A DNA stretch of 63,658 nt, the filler included, from Hyphochytrium catenoides (Eukaryota > Protista > Hyphochytriomycota), in assembly GCA_900088475.1 (NCBI GenBank). It is 12 parts of 12 records of this genome, joined end to end, with 100 filler letters (N's around TTAATTAATTAA, not from the genome) between each part and the next. Parts side by side here need not be neighbours in the genome. Positions count along the whole stretch, not along the records: positions 12,634 to 14,326 come from FLMG01004171.1; positions 14,427 to 34,312 come from FLMG01004430.1; 10 more parts are not named here. The stretch is one strand, 5' to 3'. The translations under genes were made by a program, and so were the position numbers. How positions within the stretch are numbered: the stretch's first letter is position 1; each line of letters begins with the position of its first letter. Under the pieces are notes generated by a model, which was not told the DNA's origin, did not search any database, and saw nothing but the letters and a program-made list of their open reading frames with translations. Below are positions 13,395 to 26,315 of the stretch, piece by piece.

Positions 13395-13832
13395 CTACCT
13401 AATGCCTGACACGCTATCTGACATTGCTCTCTGAATTTTTCTTTTTATCACGTCTGCAGGGTCTGCAGAGCATAAGATCAGGTCAGTGGAGCGGAGAAAA
13501 GAAACAGAGACGAGAGAGAGAGAAAGAGAGAGAGAGAAAAAGAGAGAGAAGATCTGGTGGCAAAGAATGATCGGAGGTGATAAAGATATGCTGTGGATGG
13601 AGGCGAAGAAGGAGACGAAAAAGGAGACAGGGGAAGAGAGAAAGAGAGAGAAAGAGAGAGAGAAGTGAAGAGCGACAGTGAGAGAGCGAGCGAGAGAGAG
13701 AGAGAGAGAGAGTGCACCTGTGAGGTTGATGCGACTGAGGTCTGATCTGTCTGACTTGCTCATCTTGACTGAGGGATCCTTCAGGCTCATCACCCGCGAA
13801 TGAGCCGCTGTTGAGTCTAGAGAGAGAGAGAA

Positions 13833-13870
<38 letters not shown>

Positions 13871-14326
13871 GAGAGGGAGAGAGAGGAAAACAGATGTTAG
13901 GAGAGAACAGAAGAAGAAAAGATATGCCATGTATGATGGAGCCAATCCAATAATAAAGGGCTGAAGGTTACAAGAAAGAAAGAAATTGACAGAGAGAGAG
14001 AGAGAGAGAAAGAAAGAAAGAGACAGCAAGAGACATTCGCAGGAGAACGCCCCATTTAGAGGACAAGACAAGATGAGAGAGAAAAGGAAACACAACATCA
14101 GGAAAGTAAAAACTTCTCCTCTCTCTCTTCAATCTCTCTGCTAATACCGGCTCTCTCTCTCTTCTCTGCCTCCTACAATCTTCCCTCTCCTAGAGGCCCG
14201 TCTGAGCCCTAGTTCTCTCTCTCTCTCTCTCTTTCTCTCTCCTTCTCTCTCCCTTTCTCTCTCCTCCTACCGAGCTGCAGAATAGCTTCAGGGATGGTGA
14301 GCGTCTCTTCTCGAAAAAGCTTGTTA
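13020..14326 (-). CDS. WARS2: Tryptophanyl-tRNA synthetase, bacterial/mitochondrial type, internal fragment (4 exons)
   Basis: Spliced read: NKLFREETLTIPEAILQL / DSTAAHSRVMSLKDPSVKMSKSDRSDLSRINLT / DPADVIKRKIQRAMSDSVSGI / RYEPEQRPGVANLLRILSCM. This contains the class I KMSKS motif in a TrpRS-specific context (RVMSLxDP, RPGVxNLL). Confidence 0.93.
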
Positions 14327-14594
14327 NNNNNNNNNNNNNNNNNNNNNNNNNNNNNNNNNNNNNNNNNNNNTTAATTAATTAANNNNNNNNNNNNNNNNNN
14401 NNNNNNNNNNNNNNNNNNNNNNNNNNCTCTCTCTCTCTCTCTCTCCCCACTTCCTTCCTTCCTCCCGCTCACGCTGGTTTCTCTCTTTCTCGCTCTTCCC
14501 TCCTCTCAGCTTCTTGGTGGCTTTTTGTCTTTTCCTTGCTGCTTCACTTCCCGGTCGTTCGCCTTCTCTATCGTTGCCTCTTCTACCTCCCCAG

Positions 14595-14829
14595 AACATC
14601 TGCTGTCTCTCTTTCCCTCTTACTCTCTCTCGTCAGCATCACTCTTATTTCTTTGATAACAAGGAGAAGAACAAGAAGGACTGTAGAACTATCTCTCAGT
14701 CTCCTAGCTCCTAGCTCAAAGGTTTCTCTTTCTCTCCTCTCTCCCTATCTTTCTCTCTTCTCTCTCTTTCATTCCTATCTTTTCTCGCTTCCGCGAATTC
14801 CCTCCCTTTTTTCGTTTTTTCTCTCTTTT

Positions 14830-14861
<32 letters not shown>

Positions 14862-17800
14862 GCGCCCCCTCCTTTCTCCTCGGGCTCTTCTTCATTACGC
14901 CCTTCTTCCTCCTCCTTGTTAAAGAGTGTGAAGAAGAAAAGGGAAACCAAAGGACCACCCTTCGTGATGGATTTAGGAGAGAAAAACGAGAGAGCGGGGG
15001 AGACCCTGATAGTCTCTCTTTGTTCACAATTGGAGAGTCTCTCCCGTCTCATCAACCAGCCCTCCAACCTCTCCTTCTCCCCTGCGTCCTCTCTCTCTCT
15101 TCCCATCTCGCAAGTGCAAGAACTCAGTCACACACTCTCTCTCATCCTGGAGAGAGACGAGAGGTTCTCTTCATCTGCCAAGAAGTCGCTCTCTCCTTCC
15201 CTTCTCTTCTTTCTTTCTCAACCTTCTCGCTACAAGCGCTACCTAGAGATCATTGCAAATGCCGTTATTTCTCTTAGTCTTTCAGGCAGAGAAGGGAAAA
15301 GAAAAAGAGAGGAAGACGTTAAAGAGATAGAGAGAGAGACACTAAGGAAGACCGCCAAACTCCTCTTCTATCTTCTCCTTCAACTGCTTGAAAGATGGCC
15401 CGACGCCTCTTCCACTGTTATTAGGACTGCCTTTGTAGAAAGATTTGTCGCTCTCTTTATAAGACCGCAGGAGAGCGAGGAGAGGAAGGAGAGAGAGAGA
15501 GACGAAAAAGGAGAGAGAGACGAAGAGAGAGAATGGGAAGACTTGAGAGGAATTGCTCTTCATTTCCTCTCTTGCTTGGTGAAACAAAGTGATGAAGCTG
15601 CCCTGCGTTTTGCCAGCCAAGATGGAGTCTCTCTCTCTCTCTTGGCGCTTTCTCAACCCTTACCTCTCTCGTCTCTTCGTTCTCCTTCTTCACCTCTTTC
15701 TCTCTCTCTTTCTCCCCCTTCTTCTCTCTCTCTTCTCTCTCTCTTAAATCGCCTTCTCTGCTCTAAGGAAGTAGAAGATGTTGCTCTTGAGATCCTGGAG
15801 GGACGCGGGCTCGACGTTGTAAGAGAGATTATGGAGAGACGACGCGAGGTAAGATAGGAAGAAGCAAAGGGAAAGAGACGCGATAGACGAAGAGAGAGAG
15901 AGAGAGAGAGAGAGCGAGTTAGGCAGTCAGACAATAGGGACCAAAGGATGGAAGAAGGGAGAGAGAGTGGAACAGAGAGAGAAAGCTTAAGCCTGGATAA
16001 ATGTAGAGAAAGAGAGAGACACAGATGAGGATTCCAATCCTTTCTTCCTCTCTCTCTTCTTTGTTCGCACTCCCATCATTCTCATTCTTTTTCCCTCTCC
16101 TCCTCGTCCGCTCTTAGTGCTTGGATCTCTATCTCTCTGGTCGCTCCTTCTCTCTCTTTTCTCTTTGTCTCTCTTCAAAAAGCTGTGACCTCCTTCCCAT
16201 GATCTCTTACTCTCTTTCCTTTCTCTTTCCTCTTCCTGATTGTCCTGCAGGATAGAGAAGTTATGAAAGAGAGTCTTCTTTTCCTCTCACACCTCTCGGA
16301 GTTCTCTCCTCCATCTCTCTTCTCCTCGTCTCTCTCTTCTTCTCTCTCTCTCTCTTCTTCTCTCGTGAGTAGCATTATCTATGGACTTTCGCTATTCGCA
16401 TTTGATCCAAACATACTCGGACCAACCGTCAAGACATTAACACGGTATCTGACATACTGGAGGGAAAGAGAGAGAGAGAGAAGAGAGAGATGAAGTTAAA
16501 ATGTAACGATAGAGAGAGAAAAGAAAGGAGGAGGGGAGGGAGAGAAAGGGAACAACAGAATGGCCAAGGAGGAGGGAGCAAGATTGAGAGAGAGAGAGGG
16601 TGAGGGAGAGAGAAGTTCGTAGTAGGGGTATCCTTTTCCTCCGCTTTTTCTAGATCTCTCCTTGAATTCAGATGCTTTTGTTTACTTGTTGTCTCTCTTC
16701 TCTCTTTTTAACCTTCTTGATGCCATCTTCCCTTGTTTTGAGACTCTTTCGTTCTTACTCGATCTCTTTCTCTCTCTTTTTCTTTGTCTCTCAGGTTCTT
16801 TTCAATTGTGGGTCTCTCTTCTCTCTCTTCTGGGGCCGCAGGAGAGCTCTGGGCTATCCTTTTCTCTCTTATGGGAGCATGGTCTCAAGCACTCAGTACA
16901 GAAGAGAGAAAGGAAAATGCTGCCTTAATCTCTCTCTTCTCTCTCTCTCTGGACCTTCTCCTGATGCTACAGCTCTCTTTGGAGGGACACAAACCAAGCC
17001 AAAAAGAAGAAACAGAGCCGCAGTCCAGTGGGTGAGTAGTGAGGGAAAGAGAGCGAGAAAGAGAGAGGAAGAGAAAACCCAACTCATGCTAGAAACTGGA
17101 AGATTGGAAGCAAAATGGAAGGTAGAGAGAGCCACGTCAGGCAAGAACGAGAGAAAAGGGAGGAATTGTTCGTTTAGATAAAAGGGCAGCGACCGAGACA
17201 GAGAGAGAGAAAAGAGAGAGACAGAGAGGGAGAAAGAGAGAGAGAGAGACAGTTTTCGATGTGTGACTGATTTTTCTTTGATTAGGCTGGCTAAGTTGCA
17301 GGAGGCTCTGCCAAACCTTCGAGCAGTACTTCCTCAAGAGACAGTGCAAAAGCTGGAAAAAGTTCTAGCTCTCTCTCTCGTTCTCTCAGATCACAGCTTG
17401 GAAAGAGACAACGAGAAGAGAAGAGAGGAAAGTGAGGAGGAAGACGAGCTTGTAACCTTACGAAGAGAGAGAGACCAGGCGCAGGAGGCTTTTCTAGAGA
17501 TCGTAAGGCAATTTGAGGAAGAGAGAAACGCCATGCAGGAAGAAATCCAAAGTCTGTCTCTTTCTCTCTCGTCAGCGGAGAGAGAAAGGGAGAAGAACCT
17601 GCAGCTGGCGATGGGTCAGGAGAAGAGAACACGGCTATTAGAAGAAAGACTAAGGCGACGGGGAGATACCACATTTTCCCCTTCTCTCTCTCTCTCTCCT
17701 TTTCCATCGCCGGAAGAGAGAGAAGGAACCGTATCTTTTCCTTCTGCTCTCTCTCCTCCCCCGTCTTCGTTTCTTCAAAAAGCACAGAGCCTTTCTGCAA

Positions 17801-20800
17801 ATCCAGGAGAGCTCCAGCTGTCCATCGCTTACTTAGAAGAGCAAGTCTCCATCCTCTCCTATCGATGTCAACGCTTTGCAGAATCCAATAAAAAACTTCG
17901 AATGCAGATGAGAACGACGGGGAGACGCGTTAACCCTGAAATGTATGGCGATGAAGATTTTATGGGCCCGGAAAGAGATCTGGAACTTGATCTATTGCGC
18001 CGTCAGGAGTTAGAGAGAGAGGAAGAGGGTTGGCCCTTGAGCCTGCAACTGCTGGGGGAGAGAGAGCTCCGAAGGAAGGAGAGAGAGACTATGGAAGACA
18101 TCCTTGCGGAGCTGCTCCTTAGACAAGAAGAAGAGAATGAATTGGTAGAAGATGAGCAAAGGGAGGGAGAGAAAGAGAAGAGAGAGAGAGAAGAAGCTGA
18201 GCGTCTCGCGATGACTGTGGAGGAGCTCTGTCAGTGGAGAAGTCAAGCCCATGAGTTGAGGGTGCTGCTTGGGGAAGAACAGGAGAGGGCTAAGAGAGAG
18301 AGAGGTATGTTTCTCTCTTAAGAGGAAAGAACACTGTGGATATCAAGTTGCTTTCTAGATTTTCTCTCTTCTTCCGCTGTTTACCCTTTGAGACTATTCC
18401 TGCTTTCGTTAGTCTCTCTCTCTCCTCTCTCTCTCCCTCTCTATGATCCCTGCTTTGCGTCTTTCTCTTACTCTCTTTCCCAGTCTCTCTCTTGCTTTTC
18501 CTCTCTCTTACCCTGTATTCCTTCCCTTTCTATCTATCCACCTCCCTCTTGCCCCTTCCTCTCCTCTTTGTCATTTCTCTCTCGTTCTCTCTTTGCCTTG
18601 CGCTCTTGTGCGCTCTCTCACTTATGTTCGCTCCCTCGTGTTTAATGTCTGTCCTAACATATCCCTTTGTTTATTTTTCTCCGTGCTCTCCTATTCCTCT
18701 CACACATCTCTCTCTCTCTCTCTCTCTCTCCTGCCTCTCTCTCTCCCTGTCTCTCTCTCCCCCTGTCTCTCTCTCTCCCCTGTCTCTCTCTCTCTCTCCC
18801 CTGTCTCTCTCTCTCTCTCTCACACACTCGCTGCGCGTTTCATTCCTTCCCTTCTCTATCTATCGGTCTCACTAAAACAGACACAGGAGAATCGCTTGCC
18901 CCCGTTCCTTCCTCCTCATCCTCGCCCAGAGCAAGGAGAAAAAGCTCGCGCTACTCTTCACACTCTCTTTCTTCTCCTTCCCGGCCTCCAAGTCCTTGCA
19001 GAGAAAGAAAGAGAGAAGAACTTATGAGGAAGCACACAGCAGCAGATGTCACTTCCCATCTAGAGACCATCTGCTATATGCTCAACGGAGGAGAGAGGGA
19101 GAGAGAGAACCGAGAAGCGTCTCTCCCGTCTCCTCCCCCACTTTCCTGCTCTGTTCCTCTTTCCATAGCTCGGCGCTTTCTCCTTGATTGCGGGCTGGTG
19201 CGCCCTCCTCTCACTGTTCCTGCAGACATCGATATTGCATTGCGACGTTCTCTCTCTCTCTCTTCTTCTCTCTCTTCAGCATTGTCTATCAACAAGCGAA
19301 GAGTGAGCCCAACCGCCCTGTGGCAAGCCATGCAGGTTCTACTGTCAAAACTCTATGGAAAGGGAGAAGATGAGAGAGGCTGGGAAGGGGAAAGGGAGAG
19401 AGAGGCTGGAAATGAGCGTCTCTCTTGTCTAGCTGTCGATCATCTCAATCTCTTCTTGAAGGAAAGAAGAGGAATGTCAGCCGTAGAGGAACTAGAGACT
19501 TTGCTCAGACCAGAAAGCAGCCACCCCGCTCCAGAAGACGTATCCCTTCTCTCTTCTATCCTTCAGAAAGAGTCCGAACAGAGAGAAGAGAGAGAGATTA
19601 TGGAGAGAAAGAGAGATATCTTCCATTGCGCCACAAATGCCACAGACAGAGGGCTGCAGACAATTTTAGAGATTTTTGCGGATTCTCGGACGGAGCTTCA
19701 GGTAGAGACTGCTGTCCATAGTTTTACTTACTACTTGACTATTTTTAGAGATCAGGGAATGGGGATAATTGACTTTCTCTTCCCTGTCTCTGCCCTTGAC
19801 AGACAGTCTTTCGCTGCTATAGCGGGCTAAGGATTGCGCAGCCCTACTCAGGAAAGGTGGAAGGGGAGAAGATGGAGAAGAATGAGCCGCAGGAGAAAAG
19901 AGAGAGACGGAGAATTTCTCTCCCTCAGCTTCTGGTCTTTGCGCAAGACTATGGTCTCCTTCCTCATCTCTTTACCAGGTCGTCATTGCTCAGATTCTAT
20001 GAGAACATACTGAACAGAGAAGGAAACGAGAGAAGTAGAGGTTAGCTAACCGCACACCTTCTCTCTCTTTCTCTCTCTCCTTTTTCTTTTTCTCTCATCC
20101 TCTCTCTCTCTCACTCTCTCTCTCTCCCGCAATCGCTTCGATAGATCTCCAAGCCCCTACTTTCTGCACTCTCTCTCTTTGAATCTTCCTTTCTCTCTCT
20201 TTTTGACGCCCGCTTTCTCTCACTATCCCTCATCTCTCTCTTTCTCCTTGTCTCTCCTCTTTTCTCTCTTTCTGTCTTTCCATCCTTCCTCTCTCCAAAA
20301 TCTCTACCTTCGCAATCCCGATCGCTTCTCTGTTTTCCTACCTTGCTTGCCCGGCAGGGCTAGTCCACGGTCGGCACAGTAAGAGAAAACAGAGTCTTCA
20401 GTCACCTGAAGATCAGGAGGAGAGAGAAGAGAGAGAGAAGACAGAAGAGAAAAGAGAAAGAGACTCTTTTTCTCTTGGTCTCTCCTTTGACGGCTTCCTC
20501 CTCCTTCTCTCCCAGCTCATTCTTCAAACTGACGCAGGGACATTGCTGCGATGCTCTACGGAGGAAAGAGTAAGTAGTCGTTCTCTTTCTCTCTTTCTCT
20601 TCACCCGCTTCTCCTCGTGTCTCTCTCTCTTTCCTGCTGATAAAATCCACTCTCTCTCTTTGTACCTTCATCTCTTATAAACACTTCTCCTCCGTCTCGT
20701 TCTCCCACGGATAAATGGTAAATTCTCCTCATTGACAACTCTTTTTTCGCTTTTTCTTGTCTCTCCCTCTCTCTCTCTCTCTCTTTCTGTGGTTCAGGCT

Positions 20801-20953
20801 AGCGTCTTTCTCCAGTGGTTGGAGCACGGACCAGGCAGAGAGAAACTAAAGGAGAGACAGCAGAGTCTTCCGCGCCTTCGGTCCGGACGGCCTAGGAAGC
20901 CCGAGAGTCACAGAGAGAGAAGAGAGAGAGAGAAAGGAGGAGAAGTGTTTTGA
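14595..20953 (+). CDS. Large multi-exon protein: ARM-like helical region, coiled coil, and p25alpha/TPPP-like domains (5' partial)
   Basis: Nine exons join in phase with GT-AG ends (approx. 14595-14721, 14925-15848, 16251-16444, 16795-17031, 17287-18305, 18881-19701, 19803-20040, 20358-20569, 20798-20953). The segment RRFLLDCGLVRPPLTVPADIDIALRR..VSPTALWQAMQVLLSKLY resembles the p25alpha core. Confidence 0.65.
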
Positions 20954-21586
20954 GACTTAGCCGCCGGAGTTTAATTATTGGAGAGAACGCTTAGGACGAA
21001 AGTTAAAGAATGCGGAGCGAGCAAGCGAGCGGGAGAGAGAGAGAGAGGGAGAGAGAGGGAGAGAGAGAAAGAAAGAAAGAAAGGGAGTTCACAATCCCTC
21101 GCTTCCCTTCTGCTACGCACGGGACTAGCTCCCTCATTTGCAACGTCCTTTGTTACACACAGCGTCACGCCACCTCTCTCTTTCTCCTCTGAGAATCTCT
21201 CTCTCTCTCCTTCCTCTGGGCAATAAATATTCACCAGAGACAGGAAGGGGACGCTTAAAGACACATCTTTTCTCTCTCTCTCTCTCTCTCCTTTTCGTTA
21301 TAACTAAGGCTACATATAAGATCCACTTAAGAGAAACGAGGAGGAGAATGCACTCTGTCTCTCTCCCTCTTCACGATTGTAGGCGTCGCGAACTGATCCA
21401 CCAAAAAGGAAAGAGAGAGAAAGGAGGAAGAGAGACAGAGAGAGAGAAAGGAAGAGGAACAAAATTTGGGGAGAAAGGAGGGAAGGAAGAGAGAGACAGG
21501 TAGGCTCTCAGTGTCTTCAAGTTTATTTATTATCTCTCCGGTAGAGTCATTTTCCTTCCTTTTCTCTTTTTGTCTCTCTCTCCCTC

Positions 21587-24500
21587 TTAGAAAGAGAGAA
21601 GACGTAGTTTCTTTCTCTCTTCCTCTCTCCCTTCGAGCCAGTCTAAAGCTCTTAAAAGACTGAGAAGCTTGAGTTTATCGCTCGGTCTCGCGATAGAAAC
21701 CCAGGGAAGAGTCCACACGGAAGAGCGAGAGTTTCTCCCTCTTCCTGTCTTCTCTTCTTCTCTCTCTTGGAGAGAGAAACCTCTCTGTGTCAGTTTGTTC
21801 CTAAGTTTACTACTGCTAACGTCACAAAGCACTTCGAATCCCCTCCATCGTCTCTTTCTCTCTCTCTTTTCTCTCTCTTTCTCTCTCTCTTCCCCTGCTG
21901 GGTCTTCTTCCTCTTCTTCGTCCTCTTCTTTCCATTCTCCATCCAAGAGTAACACAGGGTTCATCCGGCAGTAGATTTTACTGTTTAGAAAGAAGAGAGA
22001 GAGAGTGAATGAAAAAGAGAGATTTAAGGAAAGGAGTGAAAAAAGAGAGGAGAGGAAAGAGAGGGAGGCGGGCAAATAAGAGAAGGAGAGAAATAGGGAG
22101 AGCGGAGAAATAAGAGAGAGAGAGAGAGAGAGAGAGCTGGTGTTAGTAAAAGAGAAGTTAGGGCTTTGTAAAGCGACCTCAGCTGAAAAAGAGAGGAGAG
22201 AATAAGCGAGGGACGAACTACTCCCGTTTTCCCTTTCTCTCTCTTCTTGTCATTATTCTCTAACTTTGTCTCTTCGCGTCTCCCAGGTCTGTCTGTCCCT
22301 CTTCCCATCCCCTGTTTCCTCAAGCTCTCTCTCTCTTCTTTCTGTGTTCTCTTTCCCCCTCTCTCTGTCTCTCTCTCCCTTTCTTCTTTCTCTCTCTCTC
22401 TCTCTTTTTGTGTCCCCTATCTTACATCCATTCTTTCGCATTGCTCTCCGAGTTGGAGACAGTGCCAACGGCTGACTGCTTTCCATCCCAAGGATAAGGC
22501 GGCCGAATGGAGAGAGAGAGAGAAGAAGAAGAGAGAGACAATACAGAGTGGGGAAGACCGAAAGCATGTGCTTCATCTTTTATAAGAGAGAGGAGAGACC
22601 GTGCAGTTTCAATGAGAAGAAAGGAAGAGAGAGAAGAGAAAGAGCGAAGAGAGAGAGCAGAAGAGGCTGCTGCTCCATGTTCAGAGATAAATTGTGACGG
22701 GATCTGGAGAGAGCCTGAGGCCAGGAGAATGTCTACAGAATAGAGAGAAAGAGAAATGAACAGAAGAGAGAAAGTTAAGAACAATACGGAAAGAAAGAGA
22801 CCAGAGCAGGACGGCTACTAGGAAATCAATTGCGCTTCTTTGGTTTCGTCTCTCTTTCTCTCTGTCTCTCTCTTTCTCTCGGTTCCTTTTTTTCTCCCTT
22901 TCTCTCTCTCTCTTCTAGTTATTTCTCTTCTCTCTCTTTCCCTCTCTCTCTCTTCTCTCTCCTGGTGCCATTTCTTACCTGGTATTCCTCTGCTCCCTAT
23001 CTGCAGGTCCATCACTGCCTGGTCCCCTCTCCTGCTGTCTTTCCAGTGAACGCTAAGGGAAGAACCCAGGGAAGAGTCAAGGAACTCCCCAAAGCGAGGA
23101 AACCCTGGGCCGCCTTCTCTTTCTTTCTCTCTCCCCCTCTCCTCTTCCGGGAGGAGAGGGCGAGCAAGAGACTTGGAGAAAAAAGAGAGAGAGAGAGAGA
23201 TTCTTTGTCGGAAGAGCGCGAGTCTGATATTGTTGATAGTACTTCGCAATATGGACGAGGATGAGGAAAGAGAGAGAGGCCCCGATGAAGTGTTTCTCTC
23301 CGAAGAGAAAGAAGTGTCTCTCCCCAGAATAAAGACACGAGGCTTGGAATGTCGCTGATGGTGACGCCGGAGCGATGCCTTGGGTTGTCCAGCCACGGTG
23401 AGGAGTGGGAGAGAGAGACAGAGAGATATTGTTGGGGAGGGAAGAGAGGGAAGGAAAGGAAGGGCAGAGAAGAGAGAGAGAGAGAGTGAGGCAAAAGCGA
23501 TTCATACGTAGTGAGAAGGGCACCCGGGAGAGACACNNNNNNNNNNNNNNNNNNNNNNNNNNNNNNNNNNNNNNNNNNNNNNNNNNNNNNNNNNNNNNNN
23601 NNNNNNNNNNNNNNNNNNNNNNNNNNNNNNNGAAAGAGCAACGAAGATGGCGATCCAGGATACAGGAGAAGAGCAAGGACAAATATATCTTTACAGGAAG
23701 AGAGACAAGAAACAGTCAAAGACTCGGCCGACGGAAAGAGATGAGACAACGGGATAGAAGAGTTTAGGAAGGGCAGTGATCTTTTTCTATCTGGACTCTC
23801 TCTCTCTCTTTCTCGCTCTCTCCTTCTTAGTCTCTTTCTCTGTGTCTCTCTTCTCTCTCAGGGTTTTACCTCACACTCTTTTCTCTCCCTTTCGTCAGGA
23901 AAGGGCTGTCTTTTCACTTACGTTAAGGAAAATCAGCGCAGACCGACAAAGTTGAGAGAGAAAGTCTCTTTCCCGGGTTCTCTGTCCTCTCTTCCTGCTA
24001 CGCTGGTGCTCAAGACTCTCCCTCTCTCTCTCTTGCATGGAGAGAGAGAGAAGAAGGCTAAATGTCTGGTCGACGCGAAGAGAGATCTCTTCCTCTAAGA
24101 TCTGGAGGACCTGCAGCTCTTCCGGAGCGTCAGAAAGAGGAGAGAGAGGAGAAGAGACCTTTCTCTCTTCTTCCCTTTTTTCAGTAACCCACGAGGTTGG
24201 AGCTTTCAACGCCTTCATCGTGCAGGACAAAAATGGTGAGCGGAGGCGCAGAGAGGAAAAGCAGAGAGGTGAGAGACGAAGAGAGAGAGGGAGAGAGAGA
24301 CAGGATGGGAAAGAGAGAAACCAAAAGAATTGAGCGTAGAGAGAATAAAGAGAGCCAAAAGGGCGCGGAGAGGACAGAGAGGGATAGAGAGGACAGAAAG
24401 ACGAGAGGAGAGGGAGAGAGAGAGAGAGAGAGGAGAAAGTGAGAGACAAGACAAAAGAGGAGGGAAAGTTGGGATAATGAAAGCCGCCGAGTAAGAGCAA

Positions 24501-25180
24501 GAGAGAGGATAAAGAACTGGAGAGGCTTTGCTTACAGGAAACGCAGAGAGAGAGAGAGAGAGAGAGAAGGAGACCCCGTTACAAAGCGAAGAGAATCAGA
24601 AAGAGTATGCTCTACCTCCTGCATTAACATCTGAAAGAGCTCAAGAGAGAAGGCCGAGTGCTGCACCGAAGCGAGAAGACGTTCATTGTCCTCTCTCTCT
24701 CTCTTTTCTCCTTCCTCCGCCTCCTGAATTGTCTCTTCACTCTTCACTTCGCCCTTCTGTGCCTTCTTTCTCTCTCTCACGCGCCACAGAATCTCCTCAG
24801 AGGAACAGGAAACGCTTTCTCCCGTGAGACGATTCAGGATTGTCAGCTAAAGAGAGAGAGAGAGAGAGGGAGAGAGAGAGAGAGAGAGAGAGAGAAAGAA
24901 AGAGAGAGAAAGGTAGGGAGACCGCCGCGAAGTGGAAAAAGAGAGTCAGTCAGGTGAGCCTGTGTCCTTCTCTTACCTCCCTATGTGAGAAAGACATAAA
25001 ATAGAAGAGAGGGGGCAGGACAGAGGCAAAAAAGAAGGATGGGCAAAAGAACTGACCCGGAAAGAAAGAAAGAGACAAGAGAAACAAAAAGAAAGAGAGT
25101 TGAAGGAACGGACAGAGCGATGAAAAGCAAAAAGGCAGCCAACGAGAGACCATTCACAAGTCAATAAGCACCCGGAAATC

Positions 25181-25237
<57 letters not shown>

Positions 25238-25844
25238 GCGAGAGATGGCATACTGACCCTAATCGCTCTCGCCTCATGCTGAGGAGGAGCTTTCAGCTTG
25301 ACATTTCCACTAGGACTGCGCTGAATCTGTGGAGAGAGAAAGGAAGAAGAGAGAAAGAGATAGAGAGCAACGAAAAAGAAAAGACGGTGAGAGGTAACGG
25401 CAAGGCAAGGTTACGAGCTTTTGGTAAGGCAAACATAGATAGCAGTGGGTGCAGAAGACATAAAAGGCCCAAGAGAGAGAGAGAGACAGAGAGACAGGGG
25501 GAAGGACTGACAAGGGTAGGAATGCAATCGGAGGAGATAAGCTTCCAAAAAGAGAGAAAGGCTGAGAGAAGAGAAAAGGGTGAGAAGAAAGGAGAGCCTG
25601 AGTTAAGAGAAAGAGAGAGCGGAGACTAGAAAAGCACTGCCTCTCTCTCTCTCTTCCTCTCTACCTCTGGCGCCAGCGTCTCATGCAGAGTTCCGTCTTT
25701 CACTGTAAAGTCGGCACCCGCTAGTAGAAAGAAGAGACAGAGAAGCAACGATGTAAGGGAGAGGATGATAGACGTGATCTAAGGGGTCTCGGTGAGAGAG
25801 AGGGAGAGAGAGAGAGAGAGAAAGAAGGAGAGAGAAGGGGGGGG

Positions 25845-25900
<56 letters not shown>

Positions 25901-26280
25901 ATGAAGAAGGTATATACTGACAAAGAGTAAGCCAGTGAGAAACGGTGAGGGAAACTGCCCAAGTGCAGGGGAGAGGGTCAGACACACGGACAACGCACAC
26001 GGAAGGCAACAGATGGAAGGAAAACGGGAGACAGAGAAAGATGGAAGGAGAGGGGAGAGGGAGAGAGAGGAGGCGAAAGGGAGAAAGACGACGAAACGAG
26101 AGAAGATAGAGAGAGAGCAGAGAGAGAGAGAGTGGAGAGAGACTACGAAAGAAGAGAAGAGTCACTCAGTGACCTGTCGTATAACTGCAATCGATCGCCA
26201 GAGGCTCCGAAGATCTAAGGGGTTTAGGAATGGACCCATGGATCGGGGCAATCACGCGCCAAGAGGAACGAATCTGCGGT

Positions 26281-26315
<35 letters not shown>

